DNA from: an uncultured delta proteobacterium
Lineage (GTDB): Bacteria; Desulfobacterota; WTBG01; CAIYCZ01; CAIRTM01
Assembly (NCBI GenBank): GCA_963804955.1
Contig: CAWDSQ010000032.1
Location: 98,900-162,899, forward strand
DNA: 64,000 nt
Reading direction: 5' to 3'
Below, one piece after another: positions 28,769 through 41,713 of this stretch; the stretch's first letter is position 1; every line of letters starts with the position of its first letter. The position numbers and the translations under genes are program-made. The notes under the pieces are model-generated. The model searched no databases, had not been told where the DNA came from, and was given only the letters and a program-made list of their open reading frames with translations.

Positions 28769-30055
28769 TGCTTATCCAACAGGCCCGCAAGGGCATCGTG
28801 ACACCGGAGATGGAAAAAGTGGCAGCCGCAGAGGGCGTGACCACGCAGTACCTGCTTGAAGAAATAGCCCTCGGGCATGTCATCATCCCGGTCAACAAAA
28901 ACCACCGCACCATCACCCCCATGGGCATCGGCCGTGGCCTTTCCACAAAAATAAATGCAAATATCGGCACCTCCAAGGATTGTTCAAACCTTGACGAAGA
29001 GCTCAAAAAGCTCGATGTTGCCATTGCAGCAGGCGCCCACACCGTCATGGATCTGAGCACCGGCGGCGACATCAATGCCATCCGCCGCGAAGTGCTCAAG
29101 CGCTCCACCGTGCCGGTGGGAACCGTGCCTCTCTATCAGGCAGCAATCGAGGCTACCAAGAACAATAAAAAAATCGTTGATATGACAGCCGATGACATGT
29201 TCCGCGTCATCGAGCAGCAGGCAGAAGACGGCGTCGACTTTGTGACCGTGCACTGCGGCCTGACGCGCGAGGCTGCTCTGCGGCTCAAAAACCAGGGCAG
29301 GATCATGAGTGTCGTGAGCCGGGGCGGCTCTTTTACCGTTGCCTGGATGATTCACAATAAAAAAGAAAACCCCCTCTATGAGCAGTATGACCGGCTGCTT
29401 GACATTGCAGCGGCCTATGACATGACGCTGAGCCTGGGCGACGGGATGCGGCCCGGCTGCATAGCCGATGCCACGGACCGGTGCCAGATACAGGAGCTCA
29501 TCACCCTTGGCGAGCTTGCGCAGCGTGCCATGGAGCGCGGTGTGCAGGTCATGATCGAAGGGCCCGGCCATGTGCCCTATCGACCAGATTATCACCAACA
29601 TGCAGCTGCAGAAACGGCTCTGCAACGGTGCGCCTTTTTATGTGCTCGGCCCCCTTGTGACCGATTCGGCCCCCGGCTATGACCATATCACCTCAGCCAT
29701 CGGCGGCGCCATTGCCGCCATGCACGGAGCCGACTATCTCTGCTATGTCACGCCGGCCGAACATCTGCGCCTGCCCACGATTGAAGATGTGCGCGAAGGC
29801 GTCATCGCTTCCAAAATTGCGGCCCATGCAGCAGACATTGCCAAGGGAAACAAACGCGCCCTTGAGCGCGACATCACCATGGCAAAATACCGCAAGGCGC
29901 TTGACTGGGAAGGCCAGATAAAAACCTCCCTTGACCCTGAAAGGGCCCGCGCCATGCGCGACAGCCGCAAGCCGACCGACAGCGATGTGTGCACCATGTG
30001 CGGCGAATTCTGCGCTATAAAGGTTTTGAACCAGGAAGAAAACTGGGATTTTTAG
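28768..30055 (+). CDS. thiC: Phosphomethylpyrimidine synthase (frameshifted)
   Basis: [50 protein letters not shown]. Confidence 0.95.
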
Positions 30056-30108
30056 GGCTGCCGGAACATGATGTACGACAGTTCGCTCGCATGAGATCAT
30101 ACAAAAGA

Positions 30109-30143
30109 CAAAGGCCGGACCCTTTCCAGGACCGGCCTTTTTT
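30109..30143 (+). terminator. Rho-independent terminator after thiC
   Basis: AAAGGCCGG...CCGGCCTTTTTT. Confidence 0.65.
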
Positions 30144-30407
30144 ACTCTCTTTTCTTATTCATCTCAGGAGTTAAAGGTTCGTACAAACTACGTAAACAAA
30201 AAAGGATAAAAAATTCCCCCTTTAAGCTGTATGCAAGATTTATTGTCATTTCGACCGCGCAGGCGGTGGAATCTAAGCCTTGATTTGACTTAAAAAGATC
30301 TCTCCCGCAGTCGGGATGACTGCAAAGTTAGTTGCGACGCAGACTCATGCAATAGTGGTTATTATACAATTTTTTACATACTTTCCCCATTTTTATCGGA
30401 CGCTACA

Positions 30408-31364
30408 CTACATCGCACAAGCCGCCTCGCAGGCAGCCTGACCGCAGCCGCCGCAGCCGGGCGTTGTGTCGCATGCATCACCGATTCCGTCCCCGTCGGC
30501 ATCAAGTTGCTGAGTGTTGCAGCTGTCCGGACAGTTATCAGCTGCATTCAAAATGCCGTCATTGTCCAAATCACATGACTGCTCACAGGCAGACTGACCG
30601 CAGCCGCCACAGCCGGGCGTCGTGTCGCAGACATCACCCTGCCCATCACCATCGGCATCTGTCTGCTGGCTGTTACAGGCATTCGGACAGTTGTCCAGCT
30701 CATCAGGAATACCATCACCATCGGAGTCCTGGCTATGTCCGAACAGAATCTCGATCTTGTTGGTTTCCGAAGACGTGGGCTGAGTGCCGCCTAAAATGAT
30801 ATCTCCCTCAATGGTAAAGCCCGAACTGAGGTCACTGCATCCGACTTTCCAGTTTTGACCCGTAGAATCGTCACTGTCGGTAAAATTGCCCAGGAGCCTC
30901 CCATTAACCGTGACATTATTGAAATCGACGATCGAGCCCGCATACCTGTTGATAACATTGATCTCAAGGTAATTTACTCCAGGGCCAAGATTTCCAACGG
31001 TATATTCCAGGCAGTAATTAAAGTCACCGACGGCAGCTCGTGAAAAAATTTTTCCGGCAGCAGGGTCGTAGCTGAACATCACATGATTCAATGGCTTCCA
31101 GGAATTAGTGGGAGTCTGGCCATCACAAGTGATGCCTCTGGAAAACGTATTCTCAACACGACCCCCGCTGGCGCCCAGATTCGTACCCAGATAAATCCTT
31201 CCTCCTGTCCCGCTGCCAAAATTTCTGTATCTTATCGCGCCCATTTTAACAGCAGCAGCATCAGAGCCGCTTACCACATCTGAACATTGTGCTCGTACGA
31301 TTTCTGTATTCAATAAAGCCAGCATAGCTAAAACAATTGCTAAAAATATATTTTCTTTCTTCAT
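30408..31364 (-). CDS. Secreted protein with C-terminal TSP3-like, Cys-rich repeats
   Basis: MKKENIFLAIVLAMLALL leader; two DNCP..CN.QQ.DADGDG.GD.CDTTPGCGGCGQ.ACE units. Confidence 0.8.
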   Translation of the reverse strand: MKKENIFLAIVLAMLALLNTEIVRAQCSDVVSGSDAAAVKMGAIRYRNFGSGTGGRIYLGTNLGASGGRVENTFSRGITCDGQTPTNSWKPLNHVMFSYDPAAGKIFSRAAVGDFNYCLEYTVGNLGPGVNYLEINVINRYAGSIVDFNNVTVNGRLLGNFTDSDDSTGQNWKVGCSDLSSGFTIEGDIILGGTQPTSSETNKIEILFGHSQDSDGDGIPDELDNCPNACNSQQTDADGDGQGDVCDTTPGCGGCGQSACEQSCDLDNDGILNAADNCPDSCNTQQLDADGDGIGDACDTTPGCGGCGQAACEAACAM

Positions 31365-31389
31365 TTTATACCGTCCTTTTCTTGAAAGC

Positions 31390-32878
31390 CTAAGGCATGC
31401 AAACCGTCTCGCACTCCTGCTGACCGCAGCCGCCGCAGCCCGGCGTTGTATCGCATGTATCACCGATTCCGTCCCCGTCGGCATCAAGCTGCTGAGTGTT
31501 GCAGCTGTCCGGACAGGTATCAACATTATCAATAATGCTGTCATTGTCTCTATCAACATTCTCACACGCAGGCTGCCCGCAGCCGCCGCAGCCGGGCGTC
31601 CGTGTCGCAGACGTCACCTGTGCTGTCCTCATCGGCATCAAGATGCAGAGGATTATAGTTATTCGGACAGTTGTCATTGGAATTTGTAGCGCCATCAATA
31701 TCGATATCGCCAATTTCAACTTGAGAAAAAGGTGCAAAACTCACCCCTGCAGTCACATTGTCGCCAGTGCCCGGACCCTCGCCGTTTGGACCGCTTGCAT
31801 CGCCCCACCAGTTGCCGGAAGCATCAATAACTTCATTATTATCGGTATAGTTAATAAGCCCGTAGTGATTAATATTATTAAAAATATCTGAAGCATGTAT
31901 TTCAATGCCAGTTACATTATTACCGATTGATATGCCGCTTTGGTTGCCTGCGAACGTACCGCCGGTAATGATAAGGTTTGACAGGTAGGCAGGATACTTG
32001 CTGTAGGTGGCGCCATCATTGCGGGCTTTAACCGTAAAACCGACTCCATATTGTGCATTAAGCGCGTTGCCGGTAACCGTGCAGTTTGTAAATATAATAT
32101 TGTTGTAGATTTCCAGCCCTTTCAGGTTTATATCGACGCCGGCATTGCGGCCCCAGTTCCAAAAGGTGGTATTTAGACCATTATTATTGAATGTGCAATT
32201 ATTGAATGTTGTTTCGGAAAGCTTCTCAAGATAGAGCCCCTTTGCGCCGTTATTGCTGAAACTGGTATTGGTTACCGTGATATTTGTAGCCTCGGTTCCA
32301 CCAGGCCCCCAGTTACCCTGTTTGGCAAAATACCATCCATAGGTCACATGATCAAAAGCGCAGTTAACAATTTCAAGTTGAGAAGCACTGCCTGTTGCTG
32401 AAATCCAGATGCCGGCTTCATTTTCAGGACCCTGCGTTGTGCCATATACAAAAACATTATCAAGCTTTATGTTTGAAATTGCTGCATTATCAATATAAAA
32501 ACCTGCTACGAGCACCGGGTTTACCCGAAGATTCTTTATCAGGATCGGATCCACAGCGGAATTCCCCGAAGCGGCCAGGCGAAAGACCGGGTTGGAAGCC
32601 TGGGTAACAATCGTGTTTGCTGCAGGATCATTACCGCTGCCTGCGCCAATAAGAGATACCCTCTTGTTAAGGGTTATATTTCCAGCATAGGCGCCTGCAG
32701 CAATATTAATTGTATCGCCTGCAGCAGCCAGATTAATTGCGGCCTGAATGCTGCTGGAACAACCGTCCGTCCCACCGGGGTTCACGCACACTGCAGCTGC
32801 GTTTGCTACTGCCCCGGAGAGAAGAACCAACCCCACAATCAAAAGCAGAGCTGTACGTATTGTTTTTTTGTTACACAT
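31390..32878 (-). CDS. Secreted parallel beta-helix protein with the same TSP3-like, Cys-rich tail (frameshifted)
   Basis: Signal peptide; SIQAAINLAAAGDTINIAAGAY; Asn/Thr-rich repeats; DASGNWWGDASGP; tail continues in the 31390..31737 frame. Confidence 0.8.
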
Positions 32879-33352
32879 AATTACTTCCTTTCGCTTAGGC
32901 GATTCATCATCTGTTGACACACGACATAATAGTAATACAAGTAGTGTGCCAAATCGGATTCTTTAATTAAAAGCTGTTTTATCAGCTAGTTAGACTCATG
33001 CTCAGGTATTGCACTTGTTAAAAGTGTACCACAATAATACATAAACGCATCATTCAAAAGTGTTCCACGACAGAACACTTACCTGTACCCATAATTACGC
33101 AAGCTCGAAGTAAAGAGATTTTAAGATTCCGGATTCAAATTAAAGACCGCCTCAATTGCGGTCGTCGCCCCCGGTGTATGGCGTCGGGGCAAGTTGCTAA
33201 CCTGCCCGTCGTTCGGGGCACACAGCATGAGCTGCGCCCGCCATTTTAACCTGTGGGCATAACCAATCCGGCAAACTAAATGTTAAAAACACCTTCAACA
33301 GACACAACTTCAACTAGTTGACGAAAAGAACACGATAGTATACGTTTGCCCA

Positions 33353-33809
33353 ATGAAAACAACAGATACAGCCGGGACTTGCCTGCGTTCGTTTCTCGCC
33401 CCGCTGCGCTACGGGCATGACATGCTTGAAGAAGTCATGCGGATTATTCAGGAGCACGGCATCAAACATGCCGCTATTTCCATCATCGGCGCGGTACGCA
33501 GCGCCACCTTCGGCTACTATGACCAGGAGGCACAAAAGTACCTGAAAATCAAACGCGACGGGGCGTTTTGAGGTGATATCCTGCACGGGAAATGTTACAT
33601 TAAAACAAGGCGCTCCATTCGTGCATGCCCATGCCCTGTTCGGCGACAGGAACGGAGGCGCCTTCGGAGGGCATCTCATGTCGCCATCAATTGTTTTTGC
33701 CGCTGAAATCCATATACTGGAGCTTGCGGGTCAGCCGCCCGAGAGGATACATGATGCAGCCACAGGCCTGTATCTGTGGCCGGCAGGAAAAACGGCACCG
33801 GAAAATTAA
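33353..33809 (+). CDS. PPC domain (DUF296) protein (frameshifted)
   Basis: IIGAV..ATFGYYD; SCTGNV...PFVHAHALFGD...FGGHL...FAAE. Confidence 0.85.
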
Positions 33810-33815
33810 CATTAT

Positions 33816-35667
33816 GTGAAGGGAACTACATCAGTGAAACTGATAAACTGGACTTTGAGAAAAAATTTTCTTATCCCGACCCTGGTGCTCATCGTTCTCG
33901 GCATGGGCATTTCGACTATCATTTCCTATGTGCAGACCCGCGCCATGATGAATGAAAGCGCCATGGCACAGATGACCCAGATGAGCGCCATGGCGACCAA
34001 GAACATAGGGTTCTGGATTGACAGCAGAAAAATCGAAGTGGGGAACTGGGCCACGGAGCAGATTTTTGCAGAGGCTTTAAACGACACGGATCTCGGCCGC
34101 GAAACGCGCTTTATCGCCGACGAGCAGTTCGAGGCTTTCAAAAAAAACGCCACCTATTATGAAGTTATAGCCCTTGCCAACAAAAATGGAGAACTTGTCG
34201 CATCAATAAACAGGGATGCGCTGATCGGAAAAATAAATGTTTCCGAACATCCTTTTTTCAAGCAGGCACTGGCGGGCAAGCAGGCAATTTCCGATGCCAT
34301 GATATCAAAAACAAGCGGCAAGCCATATTTTGCCATCGCAAGCCCTGTTTTTTCGCTGGACAAAACTGAAACGCTCGGGGCGCTTATAGGAGTTATCAAT
34401 ATAGAGTATATGAGCAGCCAGCTCGTCGAGCCCATCAAGGTCGGCAACACAGGCTATGCCTATATATTAAACAGCGCGGGCCTGACTATTGCGCACCCTG
34501 AAAAAAGCAAAGTCATGCAAAACGAACTACGGCGCAACGGACTTCGGCCGGGATATTATCAGCAAAAAAAGCGGCAGTCTTGAGTATACGTTTGAGGCAA
34601 AGCCCGCAATTGCCATATTTGACGAAATACAAGAGCCCAGCTGGATCGTGGTGGTAACGGTATCGACTGAGGAGCTTTTTGCCGCTGCAAAAAAAATGCG
34701 CGTCATAAATTTCATGATAACCACCATAACGATCCTCATCATCGGTCTCATGCTTACCTTGTTTACTCACAAAATAAACACGAACTTAAGCCGCATTATC
34801 AAGGGCCTCTCCGGCGCCTCCGATCAGGTTGAGTCGGGAGCCGATCAGGTTGCCTCCTCAAGCCATTCGCTTGCACAGGGTTCAAACGAGCAGGCTTCAT
34901 CCATTGAAGAAACATCGGCATCCCTTGAAGAGCTCACCGCCATGACCAGGCATAACGCAGCCAATGCCACACAGGCAACCGCCATGGCCGAGAACGCTTT
35001 CACGGCTGCAGAGAGGGGCTCTGCGGCGATGGAACGAATGTCGGGTTCGATGCGCAATATAAAAACCTCATCAGACCAGACAGCAAAAATACTCAGAACA
35101 ATCAATGAAATAGCCTTTCAGACCAATTTGCTGGCACTCAATGCGGCTGTTGAAGCGGCCAGAGCCGGTGAAGCAGGACGGAGCTTTGCCGTAGTTGCGG
35201 AGGAAGTGCGCAACCTTGCCAGGCGCTCTGCCGAAGCTGCCCAAAACACAGCAGAGCTTATCGAGGAAGCCCAGCAGTATGCCGACTCAGGCGTTACGGC
35301 AATGGAGGAAACCGCTACGATCCTTACCGACATCGTCGCGAGCATCCAGCACGTCAAGCAGCTCAATAGCGAAGTGGCGGAGGGAAGCAGGGATCAAGCC
35401 GAAGGCATCAGCCAGATCAGCAAGGCCATTTCACAGATGGAAAATGTTACCCAGGGAAATGCGGCCCATTCCGAGGAATCGGCATCGGCGAGCCAGGAAC
35501 TCTCCAATCAGGCCCACAAGCTCAATCAGATGATCGATGAATTAATCGGCATGATCCATGGCTCAACTGCCATCCGGGCACGGTCGGGCTCAGACAGTCT
35601 GCCTTCCACCCCGCAGAAACGGGAAACGCTGCCTGCCCTGCAGGCCCGCCAAATGAGCAAACGGTAA
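33816..35667 (+). CDS. Methyl-accepting chemotaxis protein with dCache domain (frameshifted)
   Basis: Two TM, Cache (GYAYI...IAHP), [37 protein letters not shown]. Confidence 0.93.
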
Positions 35668-35668
35668 C

Positions 35669-35728
35669 AGGCTGAGGGGGCAAGGTCGAGGGTCAGGGTT
35701 CAGGGGTAAGGGGTTCAGGTTCAAGGAG
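35669..35728. repeat. Degenerate 7-bp tandem repeat array
   Basis: AGGCTGA GGGGGCA AGGTCGA GGGTCAG GGTTCAG GGGTAAG GGGTTCA GGTTCAA. Confidence 0.55.
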
Positions 35729-35733
35729 GGGCA

Positions 35734-37615
35734 TCAGCCCTGAGCAGCCTCCAGCTGCTCGATCTCTGCAAGGCGGGCATCGAACACGGACTGCTGCGAT
35801 TCAAGCTCCACGGTCAGGCGGTCAAGCTCTTCATACATTTCATCTATCGCCTGCCGGCAGGGCTGCAGGGCCTGCGATATTTCGGTAATCCGGGCCCCAT
35901 TCTGGGCTTGCGCGGCATCCTGCATAGCGGCATATAAGCCGTTCAGCTCGGCCTCCTTCGTCTCGATGTCAGCTTCAACATCCCCCATCCGCTCCTCCAG
36001 AGGACGCAGCACCCGGCCTCGTTCGGTAAAAAAATCCGAACGGATCCGACGGAGCTCTTTTTTATTAAATTTTTCGGGCTGCGCCGGAGCCGTTCCCGTA
36101 TTCACGTCGAGCCGGCGCGGGATAGTCTCATCATCGCCCCAGCCGCCCTTTTCAAGGAACCACTGGTAGGTGCCCTCAAAAACAGAAGGCATCTCATCCT
36201 GAAACACAATAAGCCGCTGAGCAAGAGCATGCAGAAACATTTCATTATGCGTGACGATGACAACTGCGCCCTCAAAGCTGTCAAGGGCGGAAACAAGAGC
36301 GTCGCATGATTCCATATCAAGATGATTGGTGGGCTCGTCAAGCAGCAGCAGGTTTACGGGCGTGGCAAGAATTTTTGCCAGCAGCACGCGGCTCCGCTCC
36401 CCGCCTGACAGAACGCTGATCTTCTTGAGCGCAGCATCGCCCTCGAACATCATGGAGCCGCAGAGATTGCGTGCGAGCTGGCTGTCCACATCGGGTGCGG
36501 AATAAAGGACCTCCTGCTCGACCGTGCGGGAATCCACAAGCGTTTTAATATTGGTCTGCTCGAAACAACCAGCCGTCACATTGGGATTGGCGGTGATCTC
36601 GCCTGCCTGCGGAACAAGCGCGCCTGCGAGCAGTTTCAGCAGCGTTGTTTTGCCCTTGCCGTTTCTGCCGACAACGCATATCCTGTCACCGGCGGCAATG
36701 CTGATGGAAAAATTCCTGATAAGGGTCTGGCCGGCAGCATAGCCGAAGGCCATGTCCCGCACCGACATCATGTACTTGCCGCTGAAGGGCTTTTCCCGGA
36801 AGGAAAAATCAAGGTCCTTGATCTCTTCCAGCCGGTCGCGCTTGCCCATTTTTGCAAGACTTTTTACGCGCGACTGCACCATGCCGGCAAGACGGGCCTT
36901 GGCACGGAAGCGGGAGATGAAAAGCTCTATTTCTTTTTTGCGCCGCTCGTCATTGATGCGGGTCTTTTCATACACCTCCTCCTCCAGTGCAAGCTGAGAA
37001 TAATAGGTTTCCGTATTGCCCGGTATCTTGCGGACGCGACGGCGGTGAATGCCAACGACATGGGTCACGATTTTATCCATGAAACCGCGGTCATGCGTAA
37101 TCAGCATCAGCTCATGGGGCCATGCCAGCAGAAAGCTTTCTATCCAGCGTATCGAGGTGATATCCAGATAGTTGGTCGGCTCGTCCAGAAGCAGCAGGTC
37201 GGGCTCAGACACCAGCACCTTTGTCAGGTTCAGCCGCACCTGGTAGCCGCCGGAAAACTCTTCAGGCGGCCGCTGAAAATCGCTCGCAGAAAAACCCAGG
37301 CCTGCTAGAATCTTCTCGACCTTCCAGTGATTATGCTTGTCTTCTTCGCGACAGCCCCCTGCAGCCTTCACGCAGCACCGTCCTCTCGGTAAAGTCCAGA
37401 TGCTGCCGTACATAGCCTATGCGATAGCCCCTGGGTATGACCACCGACCCTTCATCGGCATGCTCATCACCCGTGATAATGCGAAAAATCGTGGTCTTGC
37501 CATGGCCGTTGCGCCCGACAAGCCCCACGCGTTCTCGCTGCCCGAGTTTGAAGCATGCCTCTTCAAACAAAGCCTGACCGCCGTAGCTTTTTGAAAGATT
37601 TTCAATGCTGATCAT
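35734..37615 (-). CDS. ABC-F family ATPase (frameshifted)
   Basis: Two NBDs (GRNGHGKTT; GRNGKGKTT), LDEPTN twice, no TM. Confidence 0.92.
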
Positions 37616-37638
37616 AGATTTTTATAAACATTTAGAAA

Positions 37639-37862
37639 AGAAGTCAGAATTCAGTAGTCAGAATTCAGAATAGAAGACATACAGGATTCAAATAATTGAC
37701 GTGTTTCTTTCATGGAATAAACAAGTAAACATTTTTAGTTTTTGTTTTTTCTACTCAATTCCGGTTTCGGGATTTTGATCTCTAACTACTGGATTCTGGC
37801 TACTGGCTTCTGTATTCTGTATTCTGGCTGCTGAATTCTGAGTTCTGGCTCCTGAATTCTGA
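37639..37862. repeat. Two oppositely oriented 7-bp tandem arrays
   Basis: AGAAGTC AGAATTC AGTAGTC AGAATTC (37639-37673) and TGGATTC TGGCTAC TGGCTTC TGTATTC TGTATTC TGGCTGC TGAATTC TGAGTTC TGGCTCC TGAATTC (about 37790-37860). Confidence 0.75.
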
Positions 37863-39120
37863 TTTTTTATCACATACACTTTATCGCCGCGCCGGATCCG
37901 GCTGCCGGTTTTAATTGCAACGGAAGTTCCCTTGAGCGCCCGGTCAACCTGTATGCGGTTTATTTCTATGGATTCGACTTTTTGAGAAAATACGCCCGTG
38001 GTCGCGCCCTGAAACATGATCTCGTCGCCCGGCGCAAACCCGGTGCTCTCGACCCGTATCTCGGCGGCAGCGTGCTGCTTATAAAAATTGGTCACCACGC
38101 CGCAATATTCCTTGCGCGTTGTTGCAAGGCTTCCTTCAACCTCATGCCACTGGTCGATAGGCTTGCCAAGATAGAACCCGGAAGAAAAACCCCGGTTATA
38201 AACCCTTGCAAGCTCTCCCATGAGCTCGCTTTTTAAAGCATCGAAGCGGAATTTAAAATCAGGCTCGCGCCTGTGCTCAACGTAAAAATCAACCGCCCTG
38301 CGGTAGGCTGCAGTAGCGGTTGAAACATATTCGGGGCTGCGGCTGCGGCCCTCTATCTTGAAGCTTGCCGCTCCCGCCTCGATAAGCTTTTCGATAAACG
38401 GCAGCACGCAGAGATCTTTGGGACTCAATATATAATTATTGCCAAGGGTCAGCTCATGGCCCCGCAGCACATCATGCACGACAAACTCCCGCCTGCAGGT
38501 CTGAAGACACTCCCCGCGATTGGCTGATTTGCCGTGCTCGAACTGCGACAGGAAGCAGCGGCCGCTCACCGACACGCACATGGCGCCGTGCGCAAACACC
38601 TCGATGTCTATCTCCGTGCGCCTTCGAGCCGAGTGCTGTGACCAGGCTCTTCCTGATTTTCTTCATATCATCAAGAGAGCATTCACGGGCAAGTACAAAG
38701 CGCTTTATGCCAAAGCGCCGATACAGAGCCAGTAGCCCGGAGCTGTTTGATACCGACATTTGCGTGGAGGCAAACACAGGCAGACCGAGGCTGCGAGCCG
38801 CCTCGATTACGGCAAAGTCCCAGCAGATGACCGCGTCGATCCCCGCCGTTCGGGCCCGTGCAAGAAGCGCCCTGATTTTCCCGAGCTCGGATTCATAGGC
38901 AATCGTGTTGAGAGCAAGATAGGCGCGCGCACCTGCGCCGTGGCACAGCCGGGCAATTTTGCCCAAAGAGGCTGCGGTGAAATTATCGGCTCCTGGCCCG
39001 CATATTGAAACCCTGAACGCCGAAATAGACGGCGTCGCATCCTGCGTCAAGCGCGGCGCGCAGACTGATCCAGTCGCCTGCGGGCGACATGATTTCAGGT
39101 TTTGGAAGAGTTCGTTTCAT
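37751..39120 (-). CDS. U32 family peptidase-like protein (frameshifted)
   Basis: [55 protein letters not shown]. Confidence 0.9.
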
Positions 39121-39226
39121 ACCGGTGGCGCAAAAAAATATTCTCTTTACAGACGTAATAAATAAAGATAATTTAACGCACTGCGCAAGTCAATGCAAAG
39201 CTTGAAAAATATGGAGGCTGAAAACT

Positions 39227-40146
39227 ATGAGCGTACTTGATGCCATCGGCAATACACCCCTTGTTGAACTCAAACGGATATGGAACCCCGACACAACCGG
39301 CGTGCGCATACTCGCAAAGCTTGAAGGATCAAATCCCGGCGGCTCAGTAAAAGACCGGCCCGCATACTACATGCTCAAGCAGGCCATTGAATCAGGGCAG
39401 CTCACGCCTGATAAAACGATTCTTGAGCCGACCTCGGGCAATACCGGCATCGGCATGGCCATGATAGCAACCGCCATGGGCTTTCACATCAAGCTCACCA
39501 TGCCCGCCTGCGTGAGCGAAGAGCGGCGCTCCATACTCACCGCCCTGGGCGCAGAGCTCGAGCTCACCCCCGGCTGCGACAAGACCGACGGCGCCATCAT
39601 GCGCGCCCATCATATTATGGAAAAATTCGGCGACACCTATTATATGCCCAACCAGTTTGCAAATCCGGCCAACTGGCTGTCGCACTATGAGACGACGGCC
39701 CCTGAGATCGTGCGGGACACCAAAGGCGAGGCAGATGCCTTCGTTGCCGGCATGGGCACCACGGGCACGCTCATGGGCTGCTCGCGGTATTTCCGTGAAA
39801 AACATCCGCGCACAAAAGTCGTCGGTATCGAGCCGGTGCTGAATCACCGCATTCAGGGCCTGAAGAATATGCAGGAATCGATTGTGCCGCCCATCTATGA
39901 GCCCGGCCTGCTTGACAGAAAAACTCGTCTGCCAGGATGACGATGCCTTTGAATTATTCCGCGATCTGGCCCTGCGGGAAGGCCTGTTCTGCGGCCTGAG
40001 CAGCGGCGCAGCCCTGTGGGGCGCCATGGAGGCCGCCAAAGGACATGGCGCGCGGCTCGACTGTGGTGGTGCTGTTTGCCGACCGCGGCGACCGCTATCT
40101 CTCAACCGAGGCGTTCCGGTCTGTCTGCGCCCTGTGCCCGCCGTAA
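39227..40146 (+). CDS. cysM: Cysteine synthase (CysM-like, frameshifted)
   Basis: IGNTPLV, NPGGSVKDR, TSGNTG, GMGTTGT, DRGDRYLS; C-terminal FRSVCALCPP. Confidence 0.85.
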
Positions 40147-40214
40147 GCGTACCTGCCTAATTACACCCCACAAACAAAGTGACTATTGAAGTCATACGCA
40201 AAACAAACCTGTTT

Positions 40215-40291
40215 AATCCCTCTTTGAAAAAGGGGATACAGGGGATTTATCATCCTGACAAATCCCCCTACCCCTTGCTAAAGGGGGAATT
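40215..40291. repeat. CCCCTTT...AAAGGGG double-hairpin intergenic repeat
   Basis: Near-identical reverse-complement copy at 50565-50647; partial copy at 47656-47695. Confidence 0.75.
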
Positions 40292-40297
40292 CTGCGT

Positions 40298-41635
40298 TCA
40301 GGTTCGTGACGGCATTTTTTCGGAACCCAGCGATTCCTTCCATGCCCGCATCTCACGAAGCGCCCTCTCGGCATGCAGCCGCTTGCGATCTGCTTTGCGG
40401 GCTTTGACGCCAAGCGCGGGCAGGATGCCGAAGTTGGCATTCATGGGCTGAAAATCCTGATTGGCAGGATCTGTAATATAGGCTGCAAGCGCGCCGGTAA
40501 TTGCTGCTGCAGGTGGAATCACGAGAGGACGGCCGGCTGCATGCCTCGCCGCATTGATACCTGCGATAAGCCCCATCGCTATCGACTCAACATACCCTTC
40601 AACACCCGTAATCTGGCCGGCAAAGAAGATTCGCTGATCCGACTTCAGCTGCAGCGACGGCGCAAGCAGCGACGGTGAGTGAATATAGGTGTTTCGGTGC
40701 ATGCTGCCGTGACGGACAAATACGGCATGCTCAAGTCCCGGGATAAGGCCGAATACCCGCTTCTGTTCGGGCCATTTGAGGCGCGTCTGAAATCCGACAA
40801 TATTATAGAGTGTGCCTCGCTGATTTTCCTGCCGCAACTGGACAACGGCATATGGCTGCCGGCCCGTGCGCGGATCAATAAGACCCACCGGCTTCATGGG
40901 ACCGAAAGCAAGCGTTTCCACACCACGTTCAGCCATGACTTCAACCGGCATGCACCCTTCAAAGGGTGTAAGCGTCTCAAACTCCCGCAGCGGCACCTTC
41001 TCGGACGCAAGCAGCTCGTGCACGAATGTATAATATTCTTCCTGCGTGAGCGGACAGTTGATGTAATCGGCCTCTCCCTTGTCATAGCGCGATGCGCGGT
41101 AGGTTTTATCCGGATCAATGGAGTCGGCCTCGATAATGGGCGCTATGGCATCATGAAAAAAAAGAAATTGTCCGCCAAGAAGACCTTTTAAATTTTCGGC
41201 AAAGGCATCCGAAGTAAGGGGGCCGGTTGCAACTATGACAATGCCTTCCAGCGGTACGGCCGTAATCTCATCCCGAACAAGGGTAATATGGGGATGCTGT
41301 TCAATGGCCTTCGTAATACTGCTTGAAAACTGCTCGCGGTCAACGGCAAGGGCTGAGCCGGCAGGTACGCGGCTGGCATCGGCTTGCCTGACAATCAATG
41401 AATCAAGCATGCGCAGCTCTTCTTTCAAAACGCCGGAAGCATTTTCAAGGCCTTCGGCTTTCAGCGAATTGCTGCACACAAGCTCGGCAAGACATGGGCT
41501 TGTATGGGCTGGAGAAAACCGCCGCGGCTTCATTTCATACAGTGTCACCCGGCAGCCGCTCTGCGCAGCCTGCCAGGCCGCCTCGCAGCCGGCAAGCCCC
41601 GCACCGATAATGGTTATTTCATTCTGTGCCGGCAT
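40298..41635 (-). CDS. trmFO: tRNA (uracil-54) methyltransferase TrmFO
   Basis: [56 protein letters not shown]. Confidence 0.96.
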   Translation of the reverse strand: MPAQNEITIIGAGLAGCEAAWQAAQSGCRVTLYEMKPRRFSPAHTSPCLAELVCSNSLKAEGLENASGVLKEELRMLDSLIVRQADASRVPAGSALAVDREQFSSSITKAIEQHPHITLVRDEITAVPLEGIVIVATGPLTSDAFAENLKGLLGGQFLFFHDAIAPIIEADSIDPDKTYRASRYDKGEADYINCPLTQEEYYTFVHELLASEKVPLREFETLTPFEGCMPVEVMAERGVETLAFGPMKPVGLIDPRTGRQPYAVVQLRQENQRGTLYNIVGFQTRLKWPEQKRVFGLIPGLEHAVFVRHGSMHRNTYIHSPSLLAPSLQLKSDQRIFFAGQITGVEGYVESIAMGLIAGINAARHAAGRPLVIPPAAAITGALAAYITDPANQDFQPMNANFGILPALGVKARKADRKRLHAERALREMRAWKESLGSEKMPSRT

Positions 41636-41713
41636 AGTCCCTGCATGTCCTTATAAAAAAAGCGGGCAAGCCGCTGCCTGCGGTTTGCCCACCCTGCTCT
41701 CTTGCGATAAAAA

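Noticed and set aside
27631..29682. 683-aa ORF that looks like a ThiD-ThiN-ThiC fusion
   Set aside because: A frameshift near 28720 joins the frames. The proper ThiN end (KIAQEYKG, stop 28766-28768) overlaps the thiC ATG, so these are two genes.
30408..31720. Repeats as a possible CRISPR array
   Set aside because: They are in-frame coding repeats without unique spacers of regular length; no cas genes in the window.
33160..33290. Possible c-di-GMP riboswitch near GGCAAAC upstream of the secreted proteins
   Set aside because: The second GEMM stem motifs are missing; the region looks more like degenerate REP hairpins.
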